Shown: piece after piece, positions 1 to 13,689 of the stretch | Numbering within the stretch: position 1 is the first letter of the stretch | How the letters are laid out: every line of letters begins with the position of its first letter | The notes under the pieces: generated by a model | What the model was told of the DNA's origin: nothing | Seen by the model: the letters and a program-made list of their open reading frames with translations, nothing else | The model's database searches: none | Assembly: GCA_038496445.1 (NCBI GenBank) | Contig: JALMLS010000353.1 | Span: 310,001-374,000, forward strand | Length of the DNA: 64,000 bases | From: Trichosphaerium sp. ATCC 40318 | Lineage: Eukaryota; Protista; Tubulinea | Direction: 5' to 3' | Position numbers and translations under genes: made by a program

Positions 1-228
1 TGCCTTGTCCGGTTATAGGACGTTGTATCATGGATGTGCTTAGCAAATAATAGTAATAAACCGTTAAATAGTTAAGCGCAAAGAGTACCAAATTGGATAG
101 CCCTTGTAGATCCCTATGATCTCCCGGCTTGACATCGAGAGTCATTGCTGAGCGTCAGCCGAGTAAAGGTCAACATAATTTCAAATAATACTGAGTGCCA
201 AAAAGTAAAAACAGTACATCACATAAAA

Positions 229-1308
229 ATGGCATCAGGTGGAGGGATCAGAGGCTTGTTTAAATCTATTGCTGACTGGTTTCGTTCTTTGTTTTGGAAG
301 CAGGAGATGGAATTGACGCTTGTCGGGCTACAAAACTCGGGTAAAACAACACTAGTTAATGTCATCGCCGTACGTGCTTTTTACAACTTTATTTACGCGA
401 TCGCGTTCTAAACAAGTTAAATTAACTACAAACGCTGTAAAAAATCAATTGATGAAGGGCACATTAATTTACGACCACTTTTAGTCCGGCCAGTTTAATG
501 AGGACATGATCCCTACAGTTGGCTTTAATATGAAGAAAATAACAAAAGGAAGCGTGACCATCAAGCTATGGGACATCGGTGGCCAACCACGCTTCAGAAG
601 TATGTGGGAGCGTTACTGTCGCGGTGTAAATGCAATAGTGTGCGTGTCGCTGTTTTGGCACTGTGTATTAGTATTCTTTTTAAGAAAGTTAATTTTAAAC
701 ACTATCCTACGCTACAACCATACTCTACAACCTAATGGAGAAATTTCTGACCACTTTTGCAAATGTATTCTCAAAAATCACGAAACGAACCAAAAAAAAC
801 TTTTGTCGGATTTTTGATTTCATTTTCTTTTTGGATGATTTTTTGACTAAATGACTTACTTTTATTTTTTTTTTAGATTCGTTGTTGATGCAGCAGATCA
901 CGAGAAATTTGATCAAGCAAAGAAAGAACTATCAGAGCTACTTACAAAGCAACCTTTAGCTGGTATTCCTCTACTTGTTTTGGGTAACAAGAACGACCTC
1001 CCAGAATCTGTTGGTGCAAAAGAATTAATTGACAAATTGTACGTTGTTCCTACTACTGTAGTATGAAAGCATGGCTTTTAATCCTTTTTTAATTTTTAAA
1101 TCAGCGCGTAGTGTCACTCTACAAAAAACCCAAAACACGCTTTACATGCGCCCTGTACTAGGTTTGATGCTTATACGATTTTTTTAGAGCATTAGAATCA
1201 ATTGATGACGGTCGTGAAGTCTGCTGTTACTCAATTTCGGCCAAAAATAACGTTAACATTGACATTACGTTGGATTGGCTCATTAAGCATGCCAACCAGA
1301 CTAATTAA
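229..1308 (+). CDS. ARL8: ADP-ribosylation factor-like protein 8 (ARL8 small GTPase), 4 exons
   Basis: Spliced product: [97 protein letters not shown]. These are diagnostic ARL8 motifs; GT-AG introns. Confidence 0.97.
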
Positions 1309-1477
1309 TCAAGTTTTTACTTGATTGCAACTTGTTGGTGTAAAAACCTTGTAAAGAAACGTGCTCGAGAGAGTTTTTCCCATTTCTGGGCGTCATTTTG
1401 GTCAATCAATGTCTGACCAGACCCATTTTCGTAAAATTTTTAGTAAACAGGAGGTTATCCTTGATGTTGTTTATAGT

Positions 1478-4023
1478 ATGAATACATTTATGCTCGCTTT
1501 AACGTTTTTGGTCGCTTTTGTATGGATTGGGAGCTGTTGCGCTTATGATCCTTCAATTCAACCCCAATGGAAAATATATGGCCAAGGCATGTACTGCGTG
1601 CGTCGGGTTTTACTTACACATGTTTTTAGGGCCTATTCTGGAACTTGTTAACAAATTCCGCTTATTTAACGTACTTTAACCTAAAAATGATAATTTAGCT
1701 AAATTTAACCTCGTACGCAGGATTCGAAGACATTTGTAGATTTACCCATGACAGGTACATGAGATGGAGCATACTTTCTTTCTTACAAAGAACAAGCGCC
1801 TCCTGCAACTATATTGGAGGCTTTTGAAGCCCTTGGTCCTAATATAACCAAGGTATTAAGCAGAATTGTACCATGAAATGTTAACGAACTTTTTACTAGC
1901 CTCATCTTGAAGCTTTCATAGCTCAATACTTTGGCAATGCTGGATCGGATCTTGTTCCTTGGACACCATCTGATTGGATACAAAATCCCGAATTCCTTGA
2001 TGACGTACATGACGCAAATGTACGCAAAGGCGATTGTTCTTTTTCTGTTAAAGTTGTTTAAAGTGCAAGAAGTTTGGGTCTGATATAAACGAGTTGTGGA
2101 AAGTTCTTGGCAGGAGAGTATCTGATAATGTTATAGAGAACCCTTCTTGGTATAGTTTATTACCTCTAAAGCATCCCTTTATTGTACCAGGTGGTAGGTT
2201 TCGCGAGTTTTACTACGTGCGTGATTTCAACTTAGTACAAAAATTAAAGAAAAAAATTAGTGGGACACATATTGGATTGTTAGAGGTCTCCTTGTATCTG
2301 ATATGACGGATACAGTAAAGTCAATTATCCTCAATTTTATTTCTATGGTAAATAATTATGGCTTTATCCCTAATGGTAGTAGAATCTACTACTTGAATAG
2401 GTACCATCCAACTCTTTATTTTTACGTTTTTTTCATTGACAGGTTTTTACTCTAGGAGTCAGCCTCCTGTATTGTCAATGATTGTAAGAGCATACTTAGA
2501 TGTCAGTGGTGATGAAGATATACTCGATGTAGCAATACCTGCTTTAGAGAGGGAGTATGCCTTTTGGATGTCATCTAAGCGTCTGGTTGAGATGCCGCAA
2601 GGTGGTGCTCTGAATAGGTTTTATGTTGAACTTGATTATCCAAGACCAGAGTCCTTCCGTGAAGATACAGAAATTGGTCAGTTAGAGTGGGTTTTTAACA
2701 CTATTGACTTGATACTTTAGTTGCTAATTTGAAACAAAACCAAAAGATTAAGCTTTGGAGCAATCTCGCAACAGCTGCTGAAACTGGTTGGGTACGCTAT
2801 TTGTTTGATTGTATACACTAAGTTAAACTCACTGCAGGATTTCAGTACAAGGTGGTTTGGTGGCAATGACTTAGCATCAACGAATACAACAAATGTTATT
2901 CAGGTTGACTTAAGTACGTATCCTACAAGATTAGAATATTAATGCTATAAGATGTGTTTATGCACAAGATGGAGCAAAATATAGCGTACTTATACAGTCG
3001 CCAAAACAAACCAGCGAATGAAAAAATCTATCTTGACAAAGCACATCAGCGTTGTGAAGCGATCACACGCTATCTATGGGCACGTGACTATCACGTGATT
3101 TCAAAAAAAAAAACCACCTTCGCACTGCTTGTGTAACAATCATTCTAGAACCCTGAGAAGAAACAATGGTTTGATTGGTTTGTGGGGACAGCTGAAAAGA
3201 GGTAGAGTTCCCAATACCCACTTTGTTTTCTAAACTAATGCGGTTATGTTTGTAGCAACAAAGTTTATCCCTCTAATTTCTTCCCTCTTTGGAGTGGTTG
3301 CTTTAACAAGGCACAAAGCGATGAACTGACAAACGCTCTAATTAAGTCAAATTTACTTCAACCGGGTGGTGTACCTGCATCTCTTGTCGATTCTGGACAG
3401 CAATGGGATAGGTTAGTGTTCAATATATTTTTTTGATCTTCTTTATACTTTTGTTTCGCCTTGTTTCTGTTTGTCTTGTGTTACTGTTTTTGTCAAACTT
3501 ATTGCTTGTAGTCCAAACGCATGGGCACCATTACAGCATATCATAGTAGAAAGTCTTGAAGCTTTAAAAACCGAAACATCCATTCAGCTTGCTAAAGAAC
3601 TAGCACAACGTTGGATAAATTCTAATTATATTGCATTTAAACGTGACGGATACATGCACGAAAAATACAACTCAAAAGAACCTGGCAAAGCAGGCACAGG
3701 TAACTTGTTTTTTTTCTCTTTTTTTTTTTTGTTTGTTTTTCAGCCCTACTCCACATGCTCATGTTTATGTACTTGTTGGTTGTTACCCTCTTTTTTTGTT
3801 ATTATGAACTATCTACAATCTTTATGATATTGAAAGTCTACATACAGACGAGATAGTTCACGTAGAAGTGTAGTCATTTGCAACAAGTTTTCTCATGTTT
3901 TTTTTTCATGTTTGTGTAGGCGGAGAATACACACCACAAGTTGGATTTGGATGGACTAATGGGTTAGCGCTTACATTCTTGAAGGAATACGGATCTCTAT
4001 TGAAGTGTTTTGTGCCACAGTAA
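1478..4023 (+). CDS. Secreted alpha,alpha-trehalase (GH37), multi-exon
   Basis: N-terminal hydrophobic signal peptide. Motifs DSKTFVD, PFIVPGGRFREFYYWD, GFIPNGSRIYYLNRSQPP, PRPESFRED, AAETGWDFSTRW, QQWDSPNAWAPLQ, MHEKYN, GGEYTPQVGFGWTNG. Confidence 0.96.
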
Positions 4024-4599
4024 TAAAATTTGTATGTACCTTTGGGTCCTTGTACGTCATTGCCACGCGTGGACAAATCATTTTAACGCAAGTCATCACA
4101 GCTTCGTTCCAATCTACAGAACAAGCATAAGTTATCTAGTTGCTTACACCGTCATACTCATCTGTTTTTTTTCAAAACGTGCGAAACCTTCATTATTAGC
4201 ATTGGTGCGCGTAGGCGTTTCTCTCTGTCACTAATTTGTTTGTTAATAAAAAGTACTTTCATCTCGATATTTCTAACACTCTTTCATTAGATAGCATTTA
4301 GCGTTTTTTACGCACTCACATAACAACCCAGCAAGATTTTACCAACTTTTCGCTGATGCCAATCAACAGCAATAGCCAATATGTTTGAGACGCTAACTTT
4401 CCTATGTTCCTTGCTAAAACCACAATATTTTTGAGTACCAGAGTAAACTGCTTTTAAGGCAACACCCTGGCTTCAATATCAAGTCCTACAGTGCAGGCGG
4501 GGGAAGTAACGGTTTGCATTAGATAGGCATTAGTTACTAAATAGTAGTAAGTTCTGAGAAAACAGGCACTAGACCATGATCCTGGGCGACAGGCATGGA

Positions 4600-4749
4600 C
4601 AAAGTCCTATTAATGTGTGCAGGATAAAAGAAATCCAGCACAAATAGGCAAAGTCCTATAATGTGCAGGATAAAAGAAATCCAGCACATATAGGCAAAGT
4701 CCTAATAATGCGCAGGATAAAAGAAATCCAGCACATATTGTAGGCAAAG
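4600..4749. repeat. Tandem array of three 46-50 bp hairpin-forming units
   Basis: Unit caaagtccta-x-(g/c)gcaggataaaagaaatccagcaca-x-tagg occurs three times (49, 46 and 50 bp). Each unit is an internal inverted repeat. A partial extra copy (caagtcctacagtgcagg) lies at about 4480. Confidence 0.9.
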
Positions 4750-5433
4750 CTGGTCTTCTACGTAGAAAGGGAACTTCGGGCTAAGCACTAGGCGGCACGA
4801 ACTCCTGGAAGGCCATTATAGCTTTTGGTTTTATTCACAGATAAGGTATTGAACGTAAAAAAGAAACATGCACAGAAAAGAGTTGGACAAGTACATTATT
4901 TTTATGCAAGTCACCATTGTTTGGTTCCAGTTAGTTGGTTATGCAGACAATACTGCCGCGCGAACAGCATACGGCATTGCTCGCCAATTAGTAGAAGCTT
5001 TCACGTGCAGTTAACAATTCACGCGTGCGCTTGTTCTCTTCACTTTATTATTGAGTTCTTGGGCAGTTGAAGGAAAACATCTTTCTCGCTGGCGACGATT
5101 TTTGTCACAATAATACACTTGTACTTAGATTAATAAAGCAGACTTAACTTAAAACTCGTACCTCGCACCTTCTTGTCGTGACAATTTTTATTGTTTTTTT
5201 TGGGTTTGCAGTAATTCGAAAGACTCTTTGTTTTATCTCAAAATAGAATGTCAGGTATTTGTTTTATTGTGTACAAGGAGTATGTATTACGTAGTTTTAA
5301 GCAAATTTAGCACGTGACACATGCTGGTATTTAAAGTGTGCGCTTAACTTCGAAACAAAAGAAAAAAACAACTTCTTCCCAACATTAATAAACCCAACTC
5401 GCGATATCATACGGAGTATCCATACGCATTAAA

Positions 5434-6507
5434 ATGACCTCCTATTATATAAAAGAAGATAATAACGCTCCAAACACAAAAAGACATCCACATGACCCAA
5501 ACGTTTTACCAAACGAAACGAACCTATTCTCTTTACCTTTTGAAGTAATTTGCGTTATACTAAATGTTCTCAATGAAGACCCAGATCGTCTCTCTTCCGC
5601 ACAGAGCTGTAAACTACTTTATAAGGCTATTCATAAAGATGTTGGTTATATAAAAATATTCGTACGAAAACAAGAGGACGCAGAAAAGATTACAGAGCAC
5701 GTGGGTATTTTACGTCATACTGAAATTATAATAGAAAAAAAATGTAATCTACGTCTTTTTAAAGGCGTCAAAGACATCAATGTCAAAAAAATATCAAGTC
5801 ACGTGACAGATGATAGTATTATATCACTTGCCGGCGTAAGATCGATAAATCTAAACAAATGCAAAAGAATCACAAATAGAGGTTTAACGGCGCTAGCTGG
5901 AGTTCATACTATAAAACTACGCGATTGTAAACACGTTGGAGATGACGGTATAAAAGCTCTAGCAGGAGTACATACGATCGACTTGCGATGTACCTACGTG
6001 ACAGACAAGGGTATAATACCATTATCTGGCGTACATCAGATCGATCTATACGGATGCGACAGTATAACAGACAAAGGAGTAAAAGCGCTAAAAGGAGTAC
6101 ATACGATAAATCTAGGGGAATGTAGTCAAGTCACCGATGACGGGATTAAAGCGCTATCAGGCGTTTACAGCATTGATCTTACTTCTAATACTAATGTAAC
6201 GGACTACGGCATTATGGCTCTATCAGGTGTTCATACAATGACGTTGAGCGGTTGCGGAAGAGTTACGGATAGAGGTATAAAAGCATTAAAAGGAGTTCAT
6301 ACTATTTTCTTGTCTGATTCTCAGGTGACCGATGAAGGATTGAAAGCTCTTGCTGGTATTCATACAATATACTTGGATGGGTGTAATCGTATTACCGATG
6401 AAGGAGTAAAAGCATTAAAAGGCGTTCATCAAATCGCTTTGAATGGATGCCGAAATATCACTGAATACGGACTTAAGGCGCTCGTTGGTGCTTATATAAG
6501 TAACTGA
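5434..6507 (+). CDS. Intronless F-box-like + leucine-rich repeat protein
   Basis: F-box-like LFSLPFEVICVILNVL...SCKLLY, followed by about 10 repeats of roughly 22 aa, LxGVHTIxLxxCxxVTDxGxxAL (Cys-containing LRR). Confidence 0.88.
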   Translation: MTSYYIKEDNNAPNTKRHPHDPNVLPNETNLFSLPFEVICVILNVLNEDPDRLSSAQSCKLLYKAIHKDVGYIKIFVRKQEDAEKITEHVGILRHTEIIIEKKCNLRLFKGVKDINVKKISSHVTDDSIISLAGVRSINLNKCKRITNRGLTALAGVHTIKLRDCKHVGDDGIKALAGVHTIDLRCTYVTDKGIIPLSGVHQIDLYGCDSITDKGVKALKGVHTINLGECSQVTDDGIKALSGVYSIDLTSNTNVTDYGIMALSGVHTMTLSGCGRVTDRGIKALKGVHTIFLSDSQVTDEGLKALAGIHTIYLDGCNRITDEGVKALKGVHQIALNGCRNITEYGLKALVGAYISN

Positions 6508-6810
6508 GAGTTGTGTATAACACTTGGGTATGTATATCGGTTGGTACCAAGGAATAATGGGTAGTGTACAAATGATATAATGGTGTTAATGAGCTGAAGA
6601 TAAATAAATGACATATTACTTTTTATTTTCGCGTTTTTTTCTTTCAATCGTTCGGAAAATTTTTGTCTCTTTGGCAACATGAGACCTGTAACTAAATTTA
6701 TGTGTTGAGGTAATAGTACGAATGGTATTTTATTTAGTCATTTGGTTATTATGGGATTTTTCACGGTAGGACTTCAATGCCTTTTTTGTGTTTTTTTATT
6801 GTGAGTGACT

Positions 6811-9307
6811 TTATTCTACCTTTGGGCCAGCCTCTACTATCTCCTTTGATGCAAGAGATTCATACTGAGCAAAATTCTTTGCGAATAAACTGCCAAGATG
6901 CTTTACTTTTTCGTCATACTCTTTCTTATCAGCCCAAGTATCTCTTAAAAAGGACTTGCGTTAGATTTTCTTCAAAACAAAGAAAAAAAAAAGTGATACC
7001 TTGGGTTTAGAATATCACTTGGGACGTTCTTAGCAGCCAATGGGTATTTGAGATTAAATACATCCATCGTAGCATATTTAGCTTCTTTCAAAGAGCCGTC
7101 ATGAATAGCATCAATGATAGCACGTGTATATTTGAGTTTGCATCTACTCCCTACTCCGTAAGCTCCGCCAGTCCAGCCAGTATTGACCTAAGTGTCACAG
7201 TAAGACTTGACAGGCGCCTGTATTTTTATTTGTATTTCTGGAAACGTACCAACCATACAGAGGCGTTATGTTTCTTAACGTTAGCGGCGAGGAGTTCAGC
7301 GTATCTCGTTGGATGCCATACCATAAAAGGAGAACCGAAACATGGTGAGAATGTAGCTTGTGGCTCAACAACACCGTCCTATTAGCTTTAGTTGGCAAGT
7401 GGAAACATTGTCTTCTAAATACCTCAGTTCCCGCAACCTTTGCTGTGTATCCAGCTATAAAATGGTACATCGCTTGTTCTGGCGTCATCTTAGAAACTGG
7501 AGGGAGTACACCGAAGGCATCACATGTGAGCATTATGACGTTGTTTGGGTGTCCACACATTGCAGGAATCTAATTGTTACGTTATTTCGAGAAGTCGCTG
7601 GATGCTGTCTGAATTACTTACCACTGAGTTTGGAATGTGTTCTAGCGGATAGGATACTCTTGTATTTTGTGTGATAGAGCAATCTGTAAAATCAACTTGT
7701 CGTGTCTCTTCCTTGACAACAACATTCTAAATGATTCCTTTAATTTTCTCATTTTTTGGTTGTTTTAAAAACTGCTTTATTCCGAAAAGTACTTACCTCT
7801 AGGCAAGCGCCGAATTTTATAGCATCATATATTTCTGGCTCGTGCTCTCTTTCAAGGTCAATACATTTCGCATAGCATCCACCTAAGTAAGTTTGAGTGC
7901 TAAAAAAAGAAGGATATTCGTTTTGCTTTTGATGCTTACCTTCAACGTTAAATATACCATTTTCAGTCCAGCAATGTTCGTCATCACCAATCAAAGCCCT
8001 ACCAGGATCTGTAGAGAGTGTGGTCTTACCAGTTCCAGATAATCCGAAAAAGATTGAAATCTACAAAAAAACTAATATTAGCTTTGTCATTCGGTGTCTT
8101 TATGAATATTGTACCGATGAAGGATCTATCTTGCTTATATTACAAGAGCTATGCATAGAAAGAATATCTTTTGTCGGCATGAGATAGTTCATTACAGTGA
8201 ATACGCCTTTTTTCATCTCACCAGCATACCTTAGCAAAAGGTTAGCTCACAAATTCAGATGAATGGTCTCGTACTCTGTTCCAAGTATAACAAGTTCTTT
8301 AGATTTAAAGTTTACATCTACACTAGCATCACTGGTCATGCCTTCAGTATATTTATTTGCGGGAAATTGACCTTAAGGGAGGTGTAAGATCATTATATTA
8401 ACAACTAGTGAAGAATGAATTACCTGCGTTAAAAATGACCCAATCTGGAGTTCCAAAGTTCTTTAGCTGCTCAGCATTTGGCCTTATGAGCATATTATTC
8501 ATAAAGAGCGCATGATAAGCCCTTGTAGTAATGACACGAACTAATTTTAAACTCAGTATTAAGCAACAAAAGAAAACCTTCAACTTCAAATAGTTGTAAA
8601 TAAATATCACGTGCGCACCTTTTATCCTATTTTCTTCGTCCCATCCTACGGAAAATAAACGTTTAGTCCATCTGTGTATGGGAATATGTTCTTGGTAGGT
8701 CAGTACGTACCAGCGAATCCATCGAATACAAATAGTCTTTTTTTAATATTCAAATAGTCTATTGCACGTTCCTTGTTTATCAAAAAAGTGTGGGTGTCTA
8801 GTTTGATATTGACTGGTCCCCACCAAATATCCTTTGTTTCTGGCGTCTCAACAATACTAGTGTTAAAGTAAACAAGCAAGTTATAAATAAAAAATAAAAT
8901 CCGCAAAACCAAGTTACGACTGTCACGTGGAGTTGGTTCACTACATGCTTTTTTTTTCTGAAAAACTGAAAAATTAAATACTAAAAGTTGTACCGTTTAT
9001 CACTTGGACTTCTTCCTGTATGTTTCCCTGATCTCGCTACTAAACCACCTAATAAAAAAACCGTTAGTGACCTATAACATCGCGGAAATGCGTCATTTTA
9101 TGCGTACCGGTGTCCGTTATGATGGAACCTTTTTCGTATTTGAGAGCGTACTTTATAAAGTCGTTTAGAAGATAATTCAATCGTTATCACGTGTACCTCA
9201 TACAGTACAGGTACTGGTGCGTTATGTAGAACTAATTTATTCTCACAGGTAATGTCGTATTTACCGAGATCTATTTGAACGAAAGGATGAGCGTGTTTGT
9301 CTGTCAT
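6811..9307 (-). CDS. PCK1: Phosphoenolpyruvate carboxykinase (ATP-dependent), multi-exon
   Basis: Motifs [92 protein letters not shown]; C-terminus [10 protein letters not shown]. Confidence 0.97.
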
Positions 9308-9634
9308 TTGTACTTGTGTTTAACGATTTTGGGATCGTGACTGTGACTTATTAGCCCTAACTTAAACAGATTCCTTGTCTACTACATTCTTAGCATTCAC
9401 AACACCAAGGAAGATAAGAAAGAGTTTTTCCGGAAGTTCAGCGCACAAAGCTAATGGCTTTGATCGCTAATGATATGTCACAAAACTTAACTGCCTGAGT
9501 TGCCTTAAAACCAAGTTTAGTTTTTTTCCGTTTTTAAGCAGAACAGAGATGAGACTTGTTTTAATCGTTTTTATTTACTTTTCATTGGCGCATATTCACC
9601 TTAAAGTCTATACGTCTTATAATAGCACATTCAA

Positions 9635-12586
9635 TCAAATATCAGGAAAATCTAAATCACGAAGAGAGGGTACATGACTCTCATCCGCTACAAAGGAAGT
9701 TCTTCCAGTTACACTTTCTTGATCAAATTTATCAAGTTCGCTCTCGTTTAAATACTCCATATGGCTTGGTACCTCAATAGGAGGGAAGTCTGTTATATCG
9801 GGCATAATAGAAGAACCTGGCATAGGTGAAGAAAGATTTTGTATTTGAGGTAGAGTTAAGTGCGCATGTTGTTGTTCGCCCTCTGTGTTGTATGTGTGTT
9901 CTGACGTGTCTCCAATACGTCTCTTAGAACCACGTTGAGTGGATTCACTAGAATTTAATAATAAAGCTTGTTGAGCTTGTGGTGGCGCTGTTGGTTGTCG
10001 TCCGACTTCAAAAGCTTGCAATAAAGTACCACCAAAAGGAAGAATAACACTGCTTTTAACAACTTTACAATTATCAAGATTAAACCCCATGTGACTTGAC
10101 GCTGAAGAAAAGTCTGTTAATTGTAGGTGGTGGCCATCAGATTGTAGTTTTATAAGCATAACGGCTATCTTCTTTGCTTCCATTATCGCATGTTGAGGCA
10201 GAGCTTGTCTTAGTTCTTGTAGTTTTGGAATAGCTTCAATTCTTTCATTGGTCATGTTGTTTCGGTGTAATTGCATTACACGTTGTAGGACCTTAAAAAA
10301 ACCACCATCAGTAGTGAACTGAAGCTGTAGTATTTTCGGAGTAGCTGCTATGTAAATATGCGAACATACCTTGACTAAAGTAGCAGAGCAATTCCACCTA
10401 TAATAAAAATTAGTACGGAAACGAAGTCGCGTAGGCAGCACAAAAAAATTATTTACCTCCTGCTTAGTCTTTTATTGTACTCCATGCATTGTATAAACTC
10501 ACGTGGGGCATCAATAGCTGCAAATAGCTAAATACAAAATAAGAAAAAAAGTGGTTGTAAAACGTTTTATCTTCAGATAAAATCACGTGTTAGGACGCAA
10601 AAAAAAAACAAAGCGAAAGTAGTGAGTAACTTGAATGATACTCAATGTGTAAGAGAAGAGAGCGTACCTCAAAAAGGACCTTGCAAATATTAGTATCAGT
10701 TAATGAAGTTTTATTGTATTTAAGCATCAGTTCAAGTGTTTCACAAGCTGTCTAAATAGTACACTTATTAGACATATGTATGAACAAACAAATGTACTTT
10801 ATATGCGGCACTCCTGTCTCCACAGATTAAATAAAATTTCGCTTTTGCAGCTATTTTCAATGATTGAACGTGAAAGCTTGTCATTCCTGTTGTCATTGTT
10901 TGTACTTGAGATATTCTAAGCTAGGTTTTTATGTTAATTCTCAAACCGTATCTATCAGGCAGCGACATACTAGAATATTCGTTTTTTGGGATGGTGTCAA
11001 CTCCATCCTTGCGTGTCTTGCGGCATCTACCTTCATAGATGTTGTCAACATTAACAACTCTAGAATTTACATGTCGAACTTGTTTCTTATTTTTTTCGCA
11101 AAATGTCGTTTTGTTGTTACCTTGTGTATAACTTGTGATAGTAAACATTTTGCAAGTATTTCCTTATCAACAAAATCAAGGCTTCTTGCGTCTCCTGTAA
11201 ACAAAAAATATAAAAAATATCAACTACAAGTGTAGTTTTTCACTAAGTACCTGTGCATGACATTAGAATATCACTGCACATCTCCTTTGTAGTATTTATG
11301 AGTGTGTCTCCGCACAGGAACTTTAATTGATGAAAGGTAACGACATGGTGAAGTGACTTTTCACTGCTTGAAGATATACCTACATAAACAAATTAGCAAT
11401 CAAATAATCACGTGTTTGAGTAGGCCTACCATAACTACCTCGACAATTTCTGATTTGTATTCCAGCTAACCTTGTATGATACTGAGACTCTAACAGAGCG
11501 CTGTCACAAAACATCATTAGACCAAGCATTGCATTAGCACCTAAATTTATTATTAGCAAAAACCGTGTTATCGGGGTGTTTTGAGATATGGTTTTAAAGT
11601 GCGCTGCACGACATCCACGCAAAGGTTTTATAAACGAGATTTTTAATCAAAAGGAAGTAACTAGAAGGTTCTACAGAATCGTAACACCCATAGACGTCAT
11701 GTATGGGTACAAGTACTCACCGGCTACGATAGGGTGATTAAGCGTTCGAAGCTGTTCAGCATGCTGTTTTGCAATATTCTCTAATTGTTGTTTATGTACC
11801 GTTTTACCAGATACGTATGCACCAAACGCAGCTGCTGCGTATACTTGAAAGGAATCTGGAGAAACTACAACCAGTTAGTAAATCTGCAAAATACGAAACA
11901 AAAAACAAGAATATAAGATCGTACTTGTACTAAGTGGTGCTCTTGATATATCAGCGGGAATAATTAGTTGTTCCGTGTAGAGCTTATCTACGTAACCGAA
12001 TATAACTGTTGCGTTAATCTACAAAAACAAGTGAGCCATATTTTGCACCGAGTGAGTACGATATCACGATGTGTAAGATTGGTTTTCGAAATGTTTTTTG
12101 TAGTATTGTAGTTTTGTTCCGTAGAGTACCATCTGAACGCCAACGTTCGACCTCGATAATGTGTGCGTTAAAAGAGAGTCATTGGCTTGTGTTCTTTTTA
12201 AAACTTTCAACTCTTCTTCTTGTTGTTTTATCTTTGCTTCAAGCTTTGATATCTTCTCCACGTATTGTGCGCGATAACCTAACAGTTTGTAGGTTGAGGA
12301 AAATTGACGAAAAAGTTTTATTGCTAGGTGAAGTGTGAAGCTGTTTTAAGCTATTATAGTGTTACCTATAGATGGTCCTCGCTTTTTTAGAGCTACGTAT
12401 ATACATTCTGCGTTGTTCTCAGCGCAAGAAAGACAAGGTGACCCTAGAATAGTATTATACAACCTGCAAGGTATATATCAAGCCATTTGACGTACCTCCG
12501 GTACATTTCTCATGGCGTCGTCTACATCTTACACAAGTTTTACTTTTAGCTACCTTACGCTTTTTGGTAGGACGTGCTTCAGTCAT
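9635..12586 (-). CDS. Zn(II)2Cys6 (Gal4-type) binuclear-cluster transcription factor, multi-exon
   Basis: Exons 1-2 splice to MTEARPTKKRKVAKSKTCVRCRRRHEKCTG..SPCLSCAENNAECIYVALKKRGP (six-Cys pattern plus KKRGP linker). A coiled coil (KISKLEAKIKQQEEELKVLKR), a helical middle region and an acidic low-complexity C-terminus follow. Linkage of the middle exons is inferred. Confidence 0.8.
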
Positions 12587-13689
12587 CAACTGCTTTACGT
12601 CGAGTATTGACGAATAAAGAAAGGCAAAATTATGAATAAAAGTTCAATTTACAATTTCAGTGAAAAAAAAGAACGCTCTGAGTTGCCCTGAGATAGCGCC
12701 ATAAATGACAGATTGTTCAAAATTACACTCGAGATACACGAAGAAAAACCATTTTTATAGTTTCTTCGAGTCTGTTTGAAGCGATTTACAGCCTCGTGAA
12801 AAAACGTGAAAAAACGGTTCACCATTAAGAAAAAACAGTCTCATTTGCACTCGAAAAAAGAGGTGAAACAAAAACGAGATATACCGTGTTTATATCGCGA
12901 TACCTAATAAGGATTGTGTTTTTATGAAACCTCAATAGAATTAAACAAGAAGCATGTGCAGTTTCCGTCAAAATCAATAGTCCTATGAGGTTTGCATGGC
13001 ATGTAACGTTCTAATAGTGGTACAAAACAAAGAACGCTACATGCTCATGGAATGATGTTTATTATACGCGTTTGTGCGTATTCACTCTATGCTAGACTCT
13101 GCACTCCGTCTCTTTTTGTCGTGCACAAGAAACGACGTTTTTGATTAGAACCAGATGTTGCTGGCTCGGCACCATGCTTCACAGCACACGACAGCTTTTT
13201 CATGATAATACCACTATCACAAATCAGATTCATCGCAGTCTTTAAAGCTATATATGACAGACACCACTCAGCAACAGGAAACCCCAAGGCAACTCAATGG
13301 CTCGAATATAATAGAAGGTAAAAAATTCACTAGCGTAAAACAACAATGTACGCGGCCTTGTCGCCTTTGCCATTTCATTGGTAGGTGATATTTTTAATAG
13401 CTATGAGTCTCATTGATGTTTATAGAACATAATAGGCAGTGAAGTTCATGAAAGCGAGCACGAACCTATGTAACCCTAAGTTCTACTGATAGTTTTCTGA
13501 TTTAATAATAGAGTGGTAAGCGCAAAGTTGGTTTAATTTGTCCAAGTTCGTTAAATCTAGCAGCAGCAATATAGGTATCCACCCAACTTAGCTGTAAAGA
13601 AAGCGTCATCACATCTACTACAGTAAGAATGAGTTTATAACTTTAACTCGTATACACTGACTCGAAGTCTTGAAGGTGTATGATATGTA

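Noticed and set aside
4600-4749. CRISPR array
   Set aside because: The units abut with no unique spacers, there are no cas genes, and the context is eukaryotic.
5434-6507. Endogenous giant-virus insertion (provirus block)
   Set aside because: No viral core genes are present; the virus-like genes are isolated among ordinary host genes.
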